From Sphyrna mokarran (Eukaryota): DNA of 64,000 nucleotides. Below, piece by piece: positions 47,249 through 60,479 of the stretch (position 1 is the stretch's first letter; each line of letters starts with the position of its first letter). Below the pieces are notes generated by a model that saw only the letters and a list, made by a program, of their open reading frames with translations, had not been told where the DNA came from and searched no databases. The stretch is from positions 2,542,001 to 2,606,000 of the forward strand of contig JAGIQG010000016.1 of NCBI GenBank assembly GCA_024679065.1. The letters are read 5' to 3'. The position numbers and the translations under genes were made by a program.

Positions 47249-47964
47249 CTGAGGGGTATGTGTGGGAAGGATATTAATGAAACAAGGAAGTCCCAATGAC
47301 TAAATCCTCCAAATTCACACTCCCATCTGCCAAATTCTTGTCCACTCACACAACCTATCTACAGCCATCTGCAAACTCCATGTCTTCTCCCCAACAAACT
47401 TTCTTATCTTTGTGACATCTGCAAATTTAGCTACCATGCTTTTGCTCCCCTCATCTAAATCGTTGATATAAATTGTAAAGATTCGAGACTGCGGCACAGA
47501 CATTGGCAGGATGTGGGAAGTGAAATCCCGCAATCAGAAAAAGACCCATTTTACACATATTCTGTTTTCTGTCAGCTGGCTAATATCCAGGCAAATCCTC
47601 GTACCTTTTAAAGATTGTGAGGTTTCTTGCCTGTACTACCCTCCTAGGCAGCACATGCCAGACCCCCACCACCTCTGGGTGAAAGGCATTTTCCTCAAAT
47701 CTCCTCTAAATCTCCTGCTCCTCATCTTAAAGTTATGCCACATGAAAAAAATCCAATACTTTGGATAACTGAGTAAAGGAGCGTTCAGGAACACAGACTC
47801 ATTAAATTCCACTCAACATCCTGGATGCCAATGGCAGCTGGAAAAGGGGTCACAAGAGCTGCATGGTGATGGAGTACAGAGTGTAGAGAAGATGAGGCAA
47901 TGGGCAAGAGCTGGACACTCCATAGGAGCTGTGCTGACCCACAGAAGGAGGTCAGAGAATAGAG

Positions 47965-47995
47965 TTAGAGAACCCTGCAATAGTTCCTGCTGCCA
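47965..47995 (-). CDS. Candidate terminal cytoplasmic exon copy 1 (CGSRNYCRVL*)
   Basis: attcctcgCAG acceptor; phase 2 gives a short tail ending in TAA. Confidence 0.55.
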
Positions 47996-48419
47996 CTGCG
48001 AGGAATGTGTGTGGAGATGGGTGGTGAGCACGGAGATGTGGTTACTGAATGAAAGAAAGAAATCCAACATGGCTTTCCCAATGACTGAATTTTCTGATGT
48101 CTGGATTAAGGGGGAGGTCTGAAAAGTGCAGGAGGAAATGGAATACAACGTACTGCATTTACATAGCACCTTTATAGAAAAACTCAGAAATGCTTCAGGG
48201 AGAGATATCAAAGAATAATCAGAATTTGGACAGGGAGGTTTAGGGAAGGAATTCCAGAATTATTATTTTCTGTTCAGTGTTGCTGGCTAGGCCTGCATTT
48301 ATTGTTCATCCCTAATGGTAATTAAGAGTCAACCATTGCTGTGGGTCTGGAGTCACATGTAGGCTAGACCAAGTAAGGTCAACAGATTTCCTTCCCTAAA
48401 GGAAATATACTATGCTGTG

Positions 48420-48768
48420 AGGCCTGGATAAAGTAGATATGGAGAGACTTATACACTAAAAGGAAAAACTAGAACCAGAGGGCACAACCTCAGGCTAAAT
48501 GGATAATCCTTTAAAACAGAAATGAGAAGGAATTTCTTCAGCCAGAGAGTGGTGAATCTGTGGAACTCTTTGCTACAGAAGGCTGTGGAGATCATTGAGT
48601 GTCTTTAAGACAGAGATAGATAGGTTCTTGATTAATAAGGGGATCAGAGGCTATGGGGAAAAGGTAGAAGAAAGGGGATGAAAAAAATATGAGCCATGAT
48701 TGAATGGCAGAGCAGACTCGATGGGCTGAGTGGCCTAATTCTGTTCCTATGTCATATGGTCTTATGGA
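48420..48768 (+). mobile_element. CR1 LINE 3' fragment
   Basis: ttcttcagccagagagtggtgaatctgtggaactc plus 3' UTR hairpin. Confidence 0.85.
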
Positions 48769-49104
48769 CATTATCCCAAGGCAGCTGAAAGCATAGTGCC
48801 AATGGTGGAGTGATGGGGACTGAGGTGTACACAAAGTGGACAGAATTGGAGTGGAGAGATTTGCAGTTTGGGGATTGGCTCAGTTACAGAGATAAGGAAG
48901 GGGTGAGATTAGAGAGGAATGTGGAAAGTAGAATGGGAAGGTTAGAATTGAATCAGTCAATGAGGTCAGGGGTGATATCAGAATAGTTCAGACTAGAATA
49001 AATAATGTCATTAATGATGGTTTCAGTAGCCCTTGAGCTGAGGCAAAGAGACAAATAGGTGATGTAACAGGGCTGGAAGTACACAGTCTGGGTGATAGAT
49101 ATTG

Positions 49105-50085
49105 ATGATGTGGAGATGCCGGCGTTGGACTGGGGTAAGCATAGTAAGAAGTCTTAACACCAGGTTAAAGTCCAACAGGTTTATTTGGTAGCACAAGCTT
49201 TCAGAGTGTTGCCCCTTCTTCAGGTGAGTAAGGAGTTGTGTTCACAAACAGAGCACATAAATACAAACTCAGTTTACAAGATAACGGTTGGAATGCAAGC
49301 CTTTACAAGTAATCAATTCTTAAATAGATAATGTGAGTGGAGAGAGGGTTGAACACAGGTTAAAGAGTTAGTGGGATTTTGTAAGCCCAGGCTTACAAAA
49401 CTCTATGTACAGTCATAGAGGTCACAGATAGTGTGACACGAACCTAAGATCCTGGTGAGGCCATCCTCATCTGTGTGGAACATGGTTATCAGTCTTTGTT
49501 CAACAACTCTGCGTTGTCGTGTGTCATGAAGCTGGCCTTGGAGAATGCTTACCTGAAGATCAGAGGCCGAAAGCCCATGACCGCTGAAGTGTTCCCTGAC
49601 AGGAAGAGAACACTTCTGTCTGCTGCTTGTCAGTGATAAGCCTTTTTCCTAGGATGGAGAATGCTAGCACGAGGGGACACAGCTTTAAATTAAGGGGTAT
49701 GAGTTATAGGACGGATATCAGAGGTAGGTTCTTTACTCAAAGAGTGATTAGGGAGTGGAATGCCCTGCCTGCAGCTGTTGTAGATGCGCCAAGTTTGGTG
49801 GCGTTTAAGAGGTTAATTGATAAGTATATGGAAGAGAAGGGAATGGTTTAGTTTGGAGGGGCATTGCTTTTTATTTTGGTCGGCACAACATCGAAGGCCG
49901 AAGGGCCTGTTCTGTGCTGTATTGTTCTATGTTCTATGTTCTATGCTGCTTGTCAAATGGTGTCCTTTCATCTGCTGTCATAGTGACTGCATCGTTCGTC
50001 CAACATACCATACTTCAGGACATCCTTTCCTGCAGCGTTTGAGGTAGACAACATTGGCCAAGTTGCAAGAGTATGTACAGTGTAC
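49105..50085 (-). mobile_element. Penelope-like element 3' fragment (GIY-YIG endonuclease plus pLTR)
   Basis: Minus frame YSCNLANVVYLKRCRKGCPEVWYVGRTMQSL matches the PLE GIY-YIG signature; pLTR at about 49105-49230. Confidence 0.85.
49633..49943 (+). mobile_element. 5'-truncated CR1 inserted in a Penelope element, with target-site duplication
   Basis: RGRFFTQRVIREWNALP, (TTCTATG)n tail, and tgctgcttgtca at both 49621-32 and 49944-55. Confidence 0.9.
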
Positions 50086-50588
50086 GTGTACAGTGTAGTG
50101 TACACTGAACATATTGCACTCTCCCCTGATCAAAGTCACAGATATGGATTGTGAATATCTGAGGCTCCAACACTGATCCTTGCAGCACCAGTTACATCCC
50201 ACCAACCAAAAATCACCCATTTGTTCCTCCTCCGTTTCTGTCCATTAACCAATCCTCAATCCATGCTATATTACCTCCCAAACCCCTCACCCTGTATCTT
50301 GTGGAACAACCTGTTGTGTGGCACCTTATCAAATATCTTCTGAAATTCCAGATACATTCCTCATCCACTGGTTTTCCCAGTGGGATAATATTTGCTTCTT
50401 TCCAATCCACGGGGACTGTTCAGCAGTGAGAAGATGACAAGCTGGAAGTGACTGGCTAACACTGCTCAATGAAAGGGTGGATTGAAGCATCCTCACAGCT
50501 CAGTAAATGGACAATTCTAGAGTTCAGCAACATTGAACAAACATTATAAACCAAAAACAGGAAACATTGGAAACATTCCGGAACTCAC

Positions 50589-50691
50589 CATCGCTTTCGG
50601 AATATGTGAACCCCAATTCCAGCAACAACAAAAACAGCAACAAGAATTCCAATTCCCAATCCAACTCTTGTTCCGATAGAGTGTTCACGAC
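50589..50691 (-). CDS. Transmembrane exon (GREHSIGTRVGLGIGILVAVFVVAGIGVHIFRKR)
   Basis: ttctgtctcTAG acceptor and GTGAGT donor; 103 nt, phase 1-2. Hydrophobic helix followed by RKR stop-transfer. Confidence 0.88.
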
Positions 50692-50766
50692 CTAGAGACA
50701 GAATGAAGCCATTAACAGACTGGAACACACTCACAAAACTAACAGCAGAGACTTTCAGCATCGAGT

Positions 50767-51574
50767 GGGCCAGATTCTCCCGTCACAAAGAGCATGTTTT
50801 TTGATGTGTCCAGTTGGGAGATGCATGTTGGCCGTTTCTCCCACAGCCGGAGAGCAGGCGCCATCAGGATAGTACTGGAAACCAGCGGGAAGATAGGTGA
50901 GTGACTTATATCTGTTTTTAATCTTATTTAAATGCTTTTATTGGGCCCAGGCCAGAATTCTCCGAGGGCAATAGCATCTCCCACCGCGCTAGGAGTATTT
51001 CACACCTTTGGGGTTTAGAGTAGCTCCCCACTTGCACAGAAGAGGGGAGAGGAGCAGTAGGGCAATGGGGGAGGGTTGGATACCCTGGCACTACCATTCA
51101 GCAGTGGCAAGAGGACGGATGCTGCGGGGCCATTGGTGGGTATGAGGGGTCCTGCTAGCACTCTGCAGATAGAATCAGTCAGGGCTGGAGGCAGGCTAAC
51201 AATTGGAGTGGAGGGGGAAATTGTTAGTGCTGAGGTGGGAAGGCTGGTGGCTGAAGATTGCAGTGCTCCTGGGTGGGGGAGTCGGCGCTGGCCTGGGAAT
51301 GCTTGTGTGGACCATGGGAGTGATGTCAGGGGCAGCACTGCAAAAATCCTGGGGCTGGTCAGCCTTGACGCATGCACAGAGTTTTGGAACTGTCAGGTCA
51401 GGTGTGAATAGGCCCGCCCCCACCCCGAGCTTTTAATGATAGTCACAACTGTGACCTCTGCATTGCACAGAGCGTGGGGGATTTGAGTCTGGACTCCCAG
51501 TGAAAAAACAATCATGAATCACATCACCTTTCCTGCAAATTCAGCACCTAGAATTTTTTGGGAGAATCAGGCCC
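50767..51574. mobile_element. Non-autonomous DNA transposon (PIF/Harbinger-like MITE)
   Basis: Terminal inverted repeats gggccagattctccc / gggagaatcaggccc (14/15 match). Confidence 0.75.
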
Positions 51575-52302
51575 ACTCTTTCAGAACCATCCCTAATATA
51601 AACAGATTCCTGATTAATTCTAATCCTGGAGGGTCGTGGGAGGTTAGACACCAATAATCATACACATTCACCAGGCCACCCCACAGCTTCTTGCACACAG
51701 ACACTGCTCCATAATGTGATCGATACATGCCTTCCAATAAAGATAACTGGACATTGAACAGCAGCAGCCCCCCTTCAATTCAACCTTACTGCACGCTGAA
51801 ATAGAGGAGGGAGATGGTGAGATAGCCATTTGATTGCTTGGTGAGCTCAATCAATATTACTGATCTTTGATGCAAAATAGTGATAGAGGAGTCTGAGATG
51901 TTGGGTTGATTCTGTGAGTATTACTATGTCACACAACTCTCCCAACTGCGACACCAGTCCCCAGATGTTAGTGAGGGGACTTTGCAATGTTAACCAGGCT
52001 GGGTGTGTCTGTGTTCCCTGATTCGATACCTGGCTCACAGCCAGTGATCCCTTCAGTTTTATTCTGGTTTCTCTGTCTAGTGGTTTAATACAAACTGATT
52101 GAAGTATCTGAGCAAGTCAGAGGGCAGTTAGAAGTCACCCAGGTTAATGTGGTAATGGAGTCACATATAGACCAGATTGGGTAAGGACAACAGGTTTTCT
52201 TTGCTAAAGGGACATTAGTGAACCTGTTTTACAACAATTTTGTGGTAATCTATACATTTCCAGGCCTAATTATTAATTTTGAACTAAATTGAAACCTCTT
52301 AC

Positions 52303-52647
52303 CTGTTACAGAGAGAAGGACAAAATCAGTTTGCTCCTGTTGATATCCTGCACCCGCCTCCTCATAAAACTGACACTGATACTCATTCTGGTCTGACTCC
52401 CTGAGGCTAGAGAGCAGAACTGACCAGTTTCCTTGTTCCAGTTGATCTTTGAACAGTTTTGTTCTGTCTCTGAACCGTGGATCTTGTTCTCTCAAATCAT
52501 CGTTTCCATTTATGTACTTGTGTAAAAATTCACGTTTGGGAGTTCCCCAAGTCACCAGTAAATCTGAGACTGGGACATTCCCTCTGTAGGTACAGGGCAG
52601 CACAACCTGCTCCCCAGGGAACCCAGAAACTGGGTCAGGTAAGAAAT
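52303..52647 (-). CDS. B7/butyrophilin-like IgV exon V3
   Basis: 345 nt, phase 1-1, CAG…GTAAGA. Intact V-set motifs. Confidence 0.92.
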
Positions 52648-53129
52648 CTGGAAAAGATTGTAAGTATTTATCCACAGATATAACCTTCTCTGATACACTG
52701 CAACCCAAGCTTCACATGGTTACACTGCGATGCTTGATTTACAAGAAGCACTGATTAGTACCTCACTGCTTTCATTTCATTAAGTTCAGGAATATTCCAT
52801 TTAGAATGTTCTGCGCACAATTCAGCATTTTTAAGATGGAAACATCTCACCATCAAACTATGAAACAATTAAAACTCAAAATGTTCTTACAAGTCTCTTT
52901 CTCTACAGGATTGTGTGGAATGCTGGATTACACATAGGTAAATATTTCTCTCTACTGATTTCACCCAGTATTACAGCTAATCCCAACAGTTTTTCAACAA
53001 GTTGGTTTGGGTAAAATTTTCCACACACAATTCCAGAAATACTAATGCTAGGGCGAATCAGGAAACCTCAGAGTTCTGCATCTGAGGGACAGGAAGATAA
53101 GAAATAACAATTCCCAGTAGTTTAAGGGC

Positions 53130-53305
53130 CAATTACAGGTATGAGTGACCCACACCACTCACTCTCACACAATCAGTTACAGGTAAGAGTGACCCACACT
53201 ACTCACTCGCACACAATCAGTTACAGGGAACAGTGACCCACACCACTCACTCTCACACAATCAGTTACAGATAACAGTGACCCACACCACTCACTCTCAC
53301 ACAAT
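53130..53305 (+). repeat. About 45-bp tandem repeat, 4 copies
   Basis: gtgacccacaccactcactctcacacaatcagttacagg. Confidence 0.85.
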
Positions 53306-53314
53306 TGTTCTTGG

Positions 53315-53592
53315 GTGGCATAATAGCATAATTGTTAGCACTGCTGCCTCTCAGCGCCAGGGACCTGGGTTCGATTCCCGACTTGGGTCACTGACTGTGT
53401 GAAATATGAACGTTCTCCCCATGACTGCATGGGTTCCCTCCGGGTGCTCCAGTTTCCTCCCACAGTCTGAAAGATGTGCTGGTTAGGTGCATTGACCCGA
53501 ACAGGCACCAGAGTGTGGCAACTAGGGAATTTCACAGTAACTTCATTGAATTGTTAATGTAAGCTTTACTTGTGACAAATAAATAAACTTTA
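53315..53592 (+). mobile_element. tRNA-derived SINE
   Basis: ggttcgattcc B box, core and tail. Confidence 0.88.
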
Positions 53593-53689
53593 CAGCATTT
53601 CAAACCTTCCAATGTTACTTGCTGTCTATCTGGCATGTAATGAGTTTTAAGAGCTGAAAACACATGCAGCAGTTTAGAAACTGATTTAC

Positions 53690-53728
53690 CTGGTTCAGTT
53701 GTGTTCGGTCCAGGTGTAGAAGGTCGCT
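53690..53728 (-). CDS. Pro/Thr-rich linker exon (ERPSTPGPNTTEP)
   Basis: tgttttcttTAG acceptor and GTAAAT donor; 39 nt, phase 1-1. Confidence 0.72.
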
Positions 53729-55117
53729 CTAAAGAAAACATCATGTTTTAGTATTGTGTGCGACACAAACTGTAGAAATGATCAAAGACGCTATCGGGCT
53801 TTAGGGAAAGACATCCAGGGAGGAATGAGACTGGGCTCAAACTGACCAGGAAGGATCAGGAACAGGGTCAGCAGCGTGAAAAGTCTAACGGGATTGCATT
53901 AACTGTGATGGGTAGAATGGAAGTTTTCCAGAGCTCCCCTGAGCAGGATCATTCCCAGCAGTCCACACTCCCATTTTGGAGAGAATCCCCATAGGATCCT
54001 GGGCCCTCTGGGATACACTTTCAAGGTAAGCACAGTGGGTCCGAGAAGTGTTGTGGACTCCACTCCGACATCTGGAGACAGATGGAGCATGTTTCTGGAG
54101 AGTGAGTGCAGCTTGATGGCACCATTAACTCCATTCCTATCCTGAGGGCTCAGCTAGCTCTGTCACTGGGTTATTACCAAGGCAGCCTTAGTGATGACCA
54201 GTGAATTCTCCCTCAGCTGAGCGAGGGCAGTCAGTGATAATCAGCAGGAGATTTTCAGGCTCACATTTGTCCTAAAACTGTGAAACTTCATGGAGTTCAG
54301 AGTCAATGTTGAGGATTCCTGGAGCCACTCCCTCCTGACTGCGTCCCCACCTCTGGTGGGTCTGAGCTGTTAGTGGGACAGGACACACCTAGGGATGATT
54401 TAAAGGAATTTGAGACGTAGGGTTGATTCTGTGAGTATTACTATGTCACACAGCTCTTCCAACCTCGACACCAGTCCCCAGATGTTAGTGAGGGGACTTT
54501 GCAATGTCAACCAGGCTGGATGTGTCTGTGTTTCCTGATTCGATACCTGGCTCACAGCCAGTGATCCCTTCAGTTTTATTCTGGTTTCTCTGTCTAGTGG
54601 TTTAATACAAACTGATTGAAGTGTCTGAGCAAGTCAGAGGGCAGTTAGAAGTCACCCGGGTTAATGTGGGAATGGAGTCACATATAGACCAGACTGGGTA
54701 AGGATGGCGGGTTTCTTTCCCTAACAAGATATTAATGAACCCTGTTGGGGTTTTACAACAATCCAACAGCTTCATGAGCACTTTTATTGGGACCAACTTT
54801 ATCAACAGGATTTTACAGCCTCACTCCAGCAAGACTGAAATTCCTATTCAATGTCAATGGAGATTTCCGTTGTTGAAGCCTCAGCCGCTCCAGTTCTTGG
54901 GCGGGCAAGGTGGTAGAGTTCTGACCTGTATTTCCAGATTTTTATTCAATGAACTGAATTTGAATTCTGAAAATGCGACGGTGGGATTTGAATTCACATT
55001 CTCTGGGATTATTAGTCCAGGTCTCTGGATTACGAGTCTAGTAACGTAACCACTGCATGACTCAACTCATAAAAATCAGAGGTTAAGTACAGAAAACCTG
55101 AAACAGAAATCTCTTAC

Positions 55118-55462
55118 CTGTAACAAAGAGATAGATGAGATGAGTTTGCTCCAGTTGATATCCTGCCTGCGTTCTCTTGTAAATCTTACATTGATAATGC
55201 TTCTGGTCTGACTCCCTGAGGTTAGAAAGCAGAACAGACCAGTTTCCTTGTTCCAGTTGATCTTTGAATAACTTTGTTCTGTTTCTGAACCATGGCTCTT
55301 GCTCTGTCAAATCATCTTTCCCATTGGTGAATTTGTGTAATATCTCAAACTTTGCTGTCCACCAAATCACCATTAAATCTGAGACTGGGACATTTCCTTT
55401 GTAGGTACAGGGCAACACAACCTGTTCCCCAAGGAACCCAAACACTGGGACAGACGAGTCAC
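55118..55462 (-). CDS. B7/butyrophilin-like IgV exon V2
   Basis: 345 nt, phase 1-1, CAG…GTAAGA. Intact V-set Cys/Trp/Cys. Confidence 0.92.
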
Positions 55463-56239
55463 CTGGGAAAAGATTGAAAGTATTTATCCATAGCTATAAC
55501 CTCCCTGCTGGTACATTACATCCCAAGCTTCACATGGTTACACTGCAATGTTTGATTTACAAGAATCACTGATCAGTACCTCACTGCTTTCATTTGTGTG
55601 GGAAAGTTAAAGCTCAAGCATTGAGGGCCTTTAACTAAAACCAGCTTGTGCTGGATATTTGTAAGCACAGAACAGCTGGACAGCACTTTGAATCACATCG
55701 TTTCCATTTGTACACATGCTGAGAGAACACATCAGGATATTGGTCACCTCCCCTTGGGAGAAAAATCACAGACTTGGGGTGGTGGGGGTGGACAATGTGA
55801 GATGGAATGGAGGGCTGAAAATTGACCCTGAAATGTAAAGACAGGAATGGGTGGGGGAGGGGATACCCAAGGATGTGGAATGAGGTTTGGACAGGTTGCG
55901 GGGGACAGCGATGGACGGGTATACTGTACAGGGGATGAGGCAGCACCTGATGGTCTGAAAGGGGTTGAGGCAATGTGGATCCTCATCTCTCTTCACCACT
56001 AACCTGTCAGACCATGCTTCTCCTCCCAATACAGCCAGACTCTGCCCTCTCCCAGGAACCAAAGCTCACGCCCCCCCCAGTCCTGATGATCCCCTAATCC
56101 ATCTGATCCCAGGAGTGTCCCAGACTCACGAGTATACAAGAAATAGAAGCAAGACTCAGCCCTCAGGTACTTCAAGCCTGCTTTGCCATTCAATACTTTC
56201 ACAGTTGATCTATGCCAGCCTCACTTATGTACAAAGTGA

Positions 56240-56690
56240 CCATATTTTAAATCAGTGACTCCTGGTTTTAGATTCTCCTACAAGAGGAAATATCCTCTCC
56301 ACATCTACCCTGTCGATACCTCTCAGCAGCTGAAGAGTTTTGATCAAGTTGCCTCTTATTCTTCTAAATTCCTGTAGATACAAAGCTAACGTCTCCACCC
56401 TTTCCTCATAAGACATCCAGCCCCTTCCTTTATTAGTTTAAACCTTCTCAATACAGTTTCTAACACATTTACATCTTTCCTTAAAAAAGGAGACACTTAC
56501 TATACACCATCCTTTGGATGTGGTCTCACCAATGCCCTACTTAACTGAAGCATAACCTCCCTACTTTATATCAATTCCTCTTACAACAAACAATAACAGT
56601 CTATTAACTTTCCAAATTACTTGTTGTACTTGCATATCTGTCTTTTGTGATTCATGCACTAGGACACCCAGATCCCTCTGCAGGACAACA
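56240..56690 (-). mobile_element. CR1 LINE fragment
   Basis: Reverse complement of the LVRPH…/LEFRR.RG.L segments. Confidence 0.75.
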
Positions 56691-57749
56691 GCTTTTCTTC
56701 CCTCATAGGTCATAGCATCCTTACAGTGCAGAAGTGGAGGCTATTTGGCCCTTGGAGTCTGTACCAACTCTTCAATAGAACACCTTACCCAGGCCCTATC
56801 CTCATAACCTTATACATTTACCCACTAATCCACCCAACCTTCACGTCTGGAGAAACTAAAGGGGCAAGCCCAATCCAATTGTTTTTGCTGGAGTGGGTGG
56901 CAGATCTCATAGAGACTTATAAAATTCTAACTGGACTAGACAGGGTGGATGCAAGGAGGATGTTCCCAATGATGGGGAAGTCAAAAAACAAAGAAAATGA
57001 CAGCATAAGAACAGGTCCTTCGGCCCTCCAAGCTTGCACTGGCAGTCCAAAAGCAGGGGTCACAGGCTGAGGATTCAGAGTAGACCATTTAGGACAAAGA
57101 TGAGGAAACATTTCTTTACCCAGAGAGTAGTGAGCCTGTGGAATTCATTACCACAGCTATTAGTTGATGCCAAAACATTGAATGTATTCAAGAGGTGGCT
57201 TCCCCATCATCGGGAACATCCTCCCTGCTTCTACCCTGTCTAGTCCAGTTAGAATTTTATAAGTCTCTATGAAATCCCCCACCCACTCTAGCAAAAACAA
57301 TTCTAACCTAGTCAATCTCTCCTCATACACCAGTCCCAGAATCAGCCCGGTATCCCCTATGGGTGTCTGTTGCACAATGTTGAAAGTATTAGTGAGCAGT
57401 GGTATGAGGTAGATGGTCCTGGAGGTATTTGTATTTGTAAGTAGCACAGCTCATCTGATGAATTTAGCTCTCTCAGTGTCGTGAACATTTCACTGACCAC
57501 TTGGAAAACAGCAAATGGAGTGCCAGTTCCCCCTGCTGACTGCTGAACTTGTTTGATTTTCTTCTGCTCCTACAGAGACCATAACTGAAACGCAGCAAGC
57601 ATAGTCTCTTCAAATGATGAGCAAAACCAATGCAAATTCCAAGTGTAATTCTGAATAACAATACTGATAGAATGTGCACTTCAAGTGAACCAGTTTGGTA
57701 TGCAGAAAAATGTCTTCCCCATCAGTTTTTTCCATGAGATATTATAATT

Positions 57750-58004
57750 TTAAAGTTTGTTTATTAGTCACAAGTGAGGCTTCCATTAACACTGCAATGA
57801 AATCACTGTGAAATTCCCCTAGCTGCCATACTCTGGCGCCTGTTCAGGTCAATGCACCCTAAACAGCACGTCTTGCAGTCTGTGAAAGGAAACACATGCA
57901 GACATGTGGAGAATGTGCAAACTCCAAATAGACAGTGACCCAAGTCGGGAATTGAACCTGTTCCCTGGTGCTATGAGGCAACAGTGCTAACCATTGTGCC
58001 ACCG
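57750..58004 (-). mobile_element. tRNA-derived SINE
   Basis: Full length, reverse orientation. Confidence 0.85.
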
Positions 58005-58269
58005 TTTATATTCCAAAGTTATTCCTCCACCCCTACAGTTACCAATTGCGAGAAGCCTCCATCTTGCTCTTGCTAAATCGACGTTGACCTTGTTTTTGAC
58101 AATCCATGTAATGTCAGCACCATCTGGGAGCCAGATAATGCAAAACTATCTGAGTGAGAGTCAGTAGTTGAATATTTCCACTGGCAGCCACTGTTCCTTT
58201 ATTCCAGCATTCCTTTAAGCTATTCTGAGTGAGCCATCTCATCATAATAAATTCAAATAATGGAGTCAA

Positions 58270-59410
58270 TGCTCCCAAAAATTGCTGAATTGGTAGGAAA
58301 ACTGGTCCAGATCACAACTGTTTTTTCAGTGCAGCTTGAGAATGAATCTCCCCATTCTGTCCACTGCAGAGGTCACAATCATGAGTCCCATTAAAAACCT
58401 GACCAGGGGCCTATTCACAGCAGAGTCCATTAACTCTGGAATTCTACGTGTGCGCAGCGGCCCTGATCTGTTAGATTCCCCAACTGCTGGTCAGCCCGGG
58501 ACCCCCCCCCCCCCCAGTGCTGCCCTCCCCGCACCCCTGCAGCTCAATCACAGCCCCCACAACAAGTCCCAGGGCAGCCCTGAGCCCCTCCCTCTCCCCA
58601 TCTCAGACCACCCAGATGTCAAGCCCCCCATGGTGGCGATACCTCCACCTCCCCTCAGAGGCAGACCCCCCCCAACAGGAGGCAGACCACCCCCACTCAT
58701 TGCCCCACCTCACCAGGAGGCAGACCCACCCACTCCCTCCCCCTCCCCTCATGGAGTCAGGCCCTCCACTTACCTCATTTCCCCCCCCAAAATTGCTGGC
58801 CTCCCTCCAGTCCAGGCCGATCCCCATGCAGAGTAGCAGCGGGATGCCCCCCCCACTCCCACCAATCATCCCCTAGGACCCACCCAAAATAGGCCCTGCT
58901 CCCTTGGCACTGCCCAATGCCCCATTGTGTCCCCTTGGCATGGACACTTTGCCCCTTGGGCAGTGCCAGGTAGCACAGACTGGTTCTGCCATGGTGCTCA
59001 TGCCCAGGGGACACCACACCCCACCACCCAATCCCTTGGGGATCTCCAATCATCAGCCTGCACTCCAACGGGGTTTCCCATTAGCTCTCCAAATGTGGGG
59101 AGCTAGTCTAATCCCTGTCAGAGTGAAATATTCCTGGCAGAGTGAGGAGGGAATTGTATCAGACTTAGCACAGAACTTGCCGATAATCATATGTAAAACA
59201 GATTTAAAACACATTAAAAACAGATTGAAATCTCTTGTCTCTCTTTCCACCGGTTTTCAGCATGGTCCCGACTACGACTGTTCTCTGGCTCTCAGAGACG
59301 TGCATAGGTCGGGAACTCGTGCGTGAATCCTATGAAATGGCTGGAACATGCATTTCCCGACCTGACACGCCCTGCCAGAAAATTTGCAGGTTGCAATGGA
59401 GAATCGCTCT
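58270..59410. mobile_element. Same MITE family, opposite orientation
   Basis: ctcccaaaa…gctgaattg at the left end and ggagaatcgc at the right end; internal homology to the other copies. Confidence 0.6.
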
Positions 59411-59782
59411 CTGTTTCTCCTTGGCACATCGGATATGGTAGTTGATCTGTCCAATTTAAAACTGGACCCAAATTCTGATCAAAAATATCCATGTCTCACC
59501 TGTCTCTAATCTCCCTGCTTCGTATCTCTCACGAACTAATGGCGAGTACGCAATGAGAAAGGGGCATAGATACATGGCAAGCTCCCCACACCAGCCCATC
59601 GGTTTGGCTTGGCCCAAGGTGGACTCAGGGCTACCAAAGTTAGATCCCTAGTGGCCATATGCCTGTCTCAGGGGCTGGGCATGCAGTCTCCCAACAGGCT
59701 GAGGGAGCACACACACACACACACACACTGGAGACCTTGTGTCCCAGTCTGATTCTTAGTAAACCAGTTGGGGTTTTACAGA

Positions 59783-60082
59783 TGGGCAGCATGATGGCAT
59801 AGTGATTAACACTGCTGCCTCACAGTGCCATGAGTTCAGGTTCAATTCCCAGTTTGGGTTACTGTCTGTGCAGAGTCAGCATATTCTTCCCGTGTCTGTG
59901 TGTTTGCTCCGGTTTCCTCCCAAGTCCAAAGGCGTGCAGGTTAGGTGCATTGGCCAGGCTAAATTCTCCCTCTGTGTACCCGAACAGGCACCAAAGTGTG
60001 GTGACTAGAGAATTTTCACAGTAACTTCATTGCAGTGTTAATGTCAGCCTAATTGTGACACTAATAAATAAACTTTAAACTA
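59783..60082 (+). mobile_element. tRNA-derived SINE
   Basis: Full head, core and tail. Confidence 0.85.
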
Positions 60083-60479
60083 AACAATCCAACAGCTTCA
60101 TAGCTACTTTTATTGGGACCAACTTTATATTTCCAGATTTTTATTTAATAAATTGAATTTAAATTCTGAAAGTGCTGTATGGGATTTAAAACAGAAATGA
60201 GGAGGAATTACTTCACTCAGAGGGCCCCACAGTACAGTGGACACCACAACACGAAACAGATTTCAGGAGATCAATAGGTTTTTGATTAGTAACGGGATGA
60301 AAGGTAATGGAGAATGGACATGAAGGTGCAGGTTAAGTGCCATGGTGGGATTTGAACTCACATTCTCAGGATTATTAGTCCAGATCTCTGGATTTCTAGT
60401 CTAGTAACATAACCACTGCATGACTGAACCCATAAAATGATTGATTAAATGCATAAAACCTGAAACAGAAACTTCTCAC

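Noticed and set aside
57473-57679. Possible second TM exon between V1 and V2 (ILSVLLFRITLGICIGF)
   Set aside because: Short hydrophobic run interrupted by Arg, no convincing phase-1 splice pair, and no similarity to the real TM exon.
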